Notes under the pieces: model-generated
Databases searched by the model: none
Told to the model about the DNA's origin: nothing
What the model saw: only the letters and a program-made list of their open reading frames with translations
In this document: positions 31,622 to 32,000 of the stretch, piece by piece
Numbering within the stretch: position 1 is the stretch's first letter
Layout of the letters: the number at the start of each line of letters is the position of its first letter
From: Wigglesworthia glossinidia endosymbiont of Glossina morsitans morsitans (Yale colony)
GTDB lineage: Bacteria > Pseudomonadota > Gammaproteobacteria > Enterobacterales > Enterobacteriaceae
Length of the DNA: 32,000 nucleotides
Direction: 5' to 3'
Assembly (NCBI RefSeq): GCF_000247565.1
Contig: NC_016893.1
Span: 600,001 to 632,000, forward strand
Program-made: the position numbers and the translations under genes

Positions 31622-32000
31622 ATGAGCGAAATAGTATATGGTATCCACGTAATAGAAGAATTATTAGATAATCATCCAAATAAGATAATATGTATTTTTT
31701 TTTCACATACCAGACAAGATTTAAAGTTTAAAAAATTAATTTCTCAAGCAAAGAAAAATAATATTGCAATAAAATTTGTTTTAAAAAAATGGTTGACAAA
31801 AACTGTTAAACATAACAAGCATCAAGGTTTAATAGCTTATATAAAATCATCTCAAGTGTTAAAAGAAAAAAACTTGTTAGAAATTCTTAAAAAAGAAAAA
31901 TCATATTTATTTTTAATTTTTGATAATATCAATGATCCAAGAAATTTAGGAGCATGTATAAGATCAGCTTATTTAGCAGGAATTAGCGGAGTGATTATAA
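31622..32000 (+). CDS. rlmB: 23S rRNA (guanosine-2'-O-)-methyltransferase RlmB, 5' part only (runs off the window)
   Basis: Open frame MSEIVYGIHVIEELLDNHPKKIICIFFSH...KHNKHQGLIAYIKSS...LIFDNINDPRNLGACIRSAYLAGISGVII to the window end. Matches the SpoU/TrmH N-terminal substrate-binding domain and SPOUT motif 1 start. Confidence 0.93.
   Translation, partial: MSEIVYGIHVIEELLDNHPNKIICIFFSHTRQDLKFKKLISQAKKNNIAIKFVLKKWLTKTVKHNKHQGLIAYIKSSQVLKEKNLLEILKKEKSYLFLIFDNINDPRNLGACIRSAYLAGISGVII

Overview
This window is a continuous, AT-rich segment of what looks like a strongly reduced gammaproteobacterial (Enterobacterales-like) genome, most plausibly an obligate insect endosymbiont. Almost all coding space is conserved housekeeping genes. 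(1) Plus strand: the 3' part of the dcw cluster, 'ftsW-murG-murC-ftsQ-ftsA-ftsZ-lpxC-secA, without ddlB or secM. (2) Minus strand: fliA-acpS-pdxJ-rnc-lepB-lepA, without era or recO. (3) Plus strand: an isolated coaE, then a polar amino-acid ABC transporter resembling gltILJK. (4) Minus strand: hflC-hflK-hfq-miaA, without hflX. (5) Plus strand: phrB, ackA, pta, purA and the 5' end of rlmB. I found no mobile elements, CRISPR arrays, phage genes, toxin/antitoxin or defence genes, rRNAs or tRNAs, and no convincing new biological system. The observations worth a second look are reductive: loss of the LpxC C-terminal FtsH-degron region next to retained hflKC, loss of the SecA C-terminal metal/SecB-binding tail, retention of a full-length flagellar sigma factor, a D-to-N change in the LepA G1 motif, gene drop-outs inside otherwise collinear operons, a split of the ancestral miaA-purA-rlmB neighbourhood, and a perfect 24-bp A/T palindrome in the 3' end of coaE. 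Product calls come from recognising the translated sequences from memory; no database search was run.
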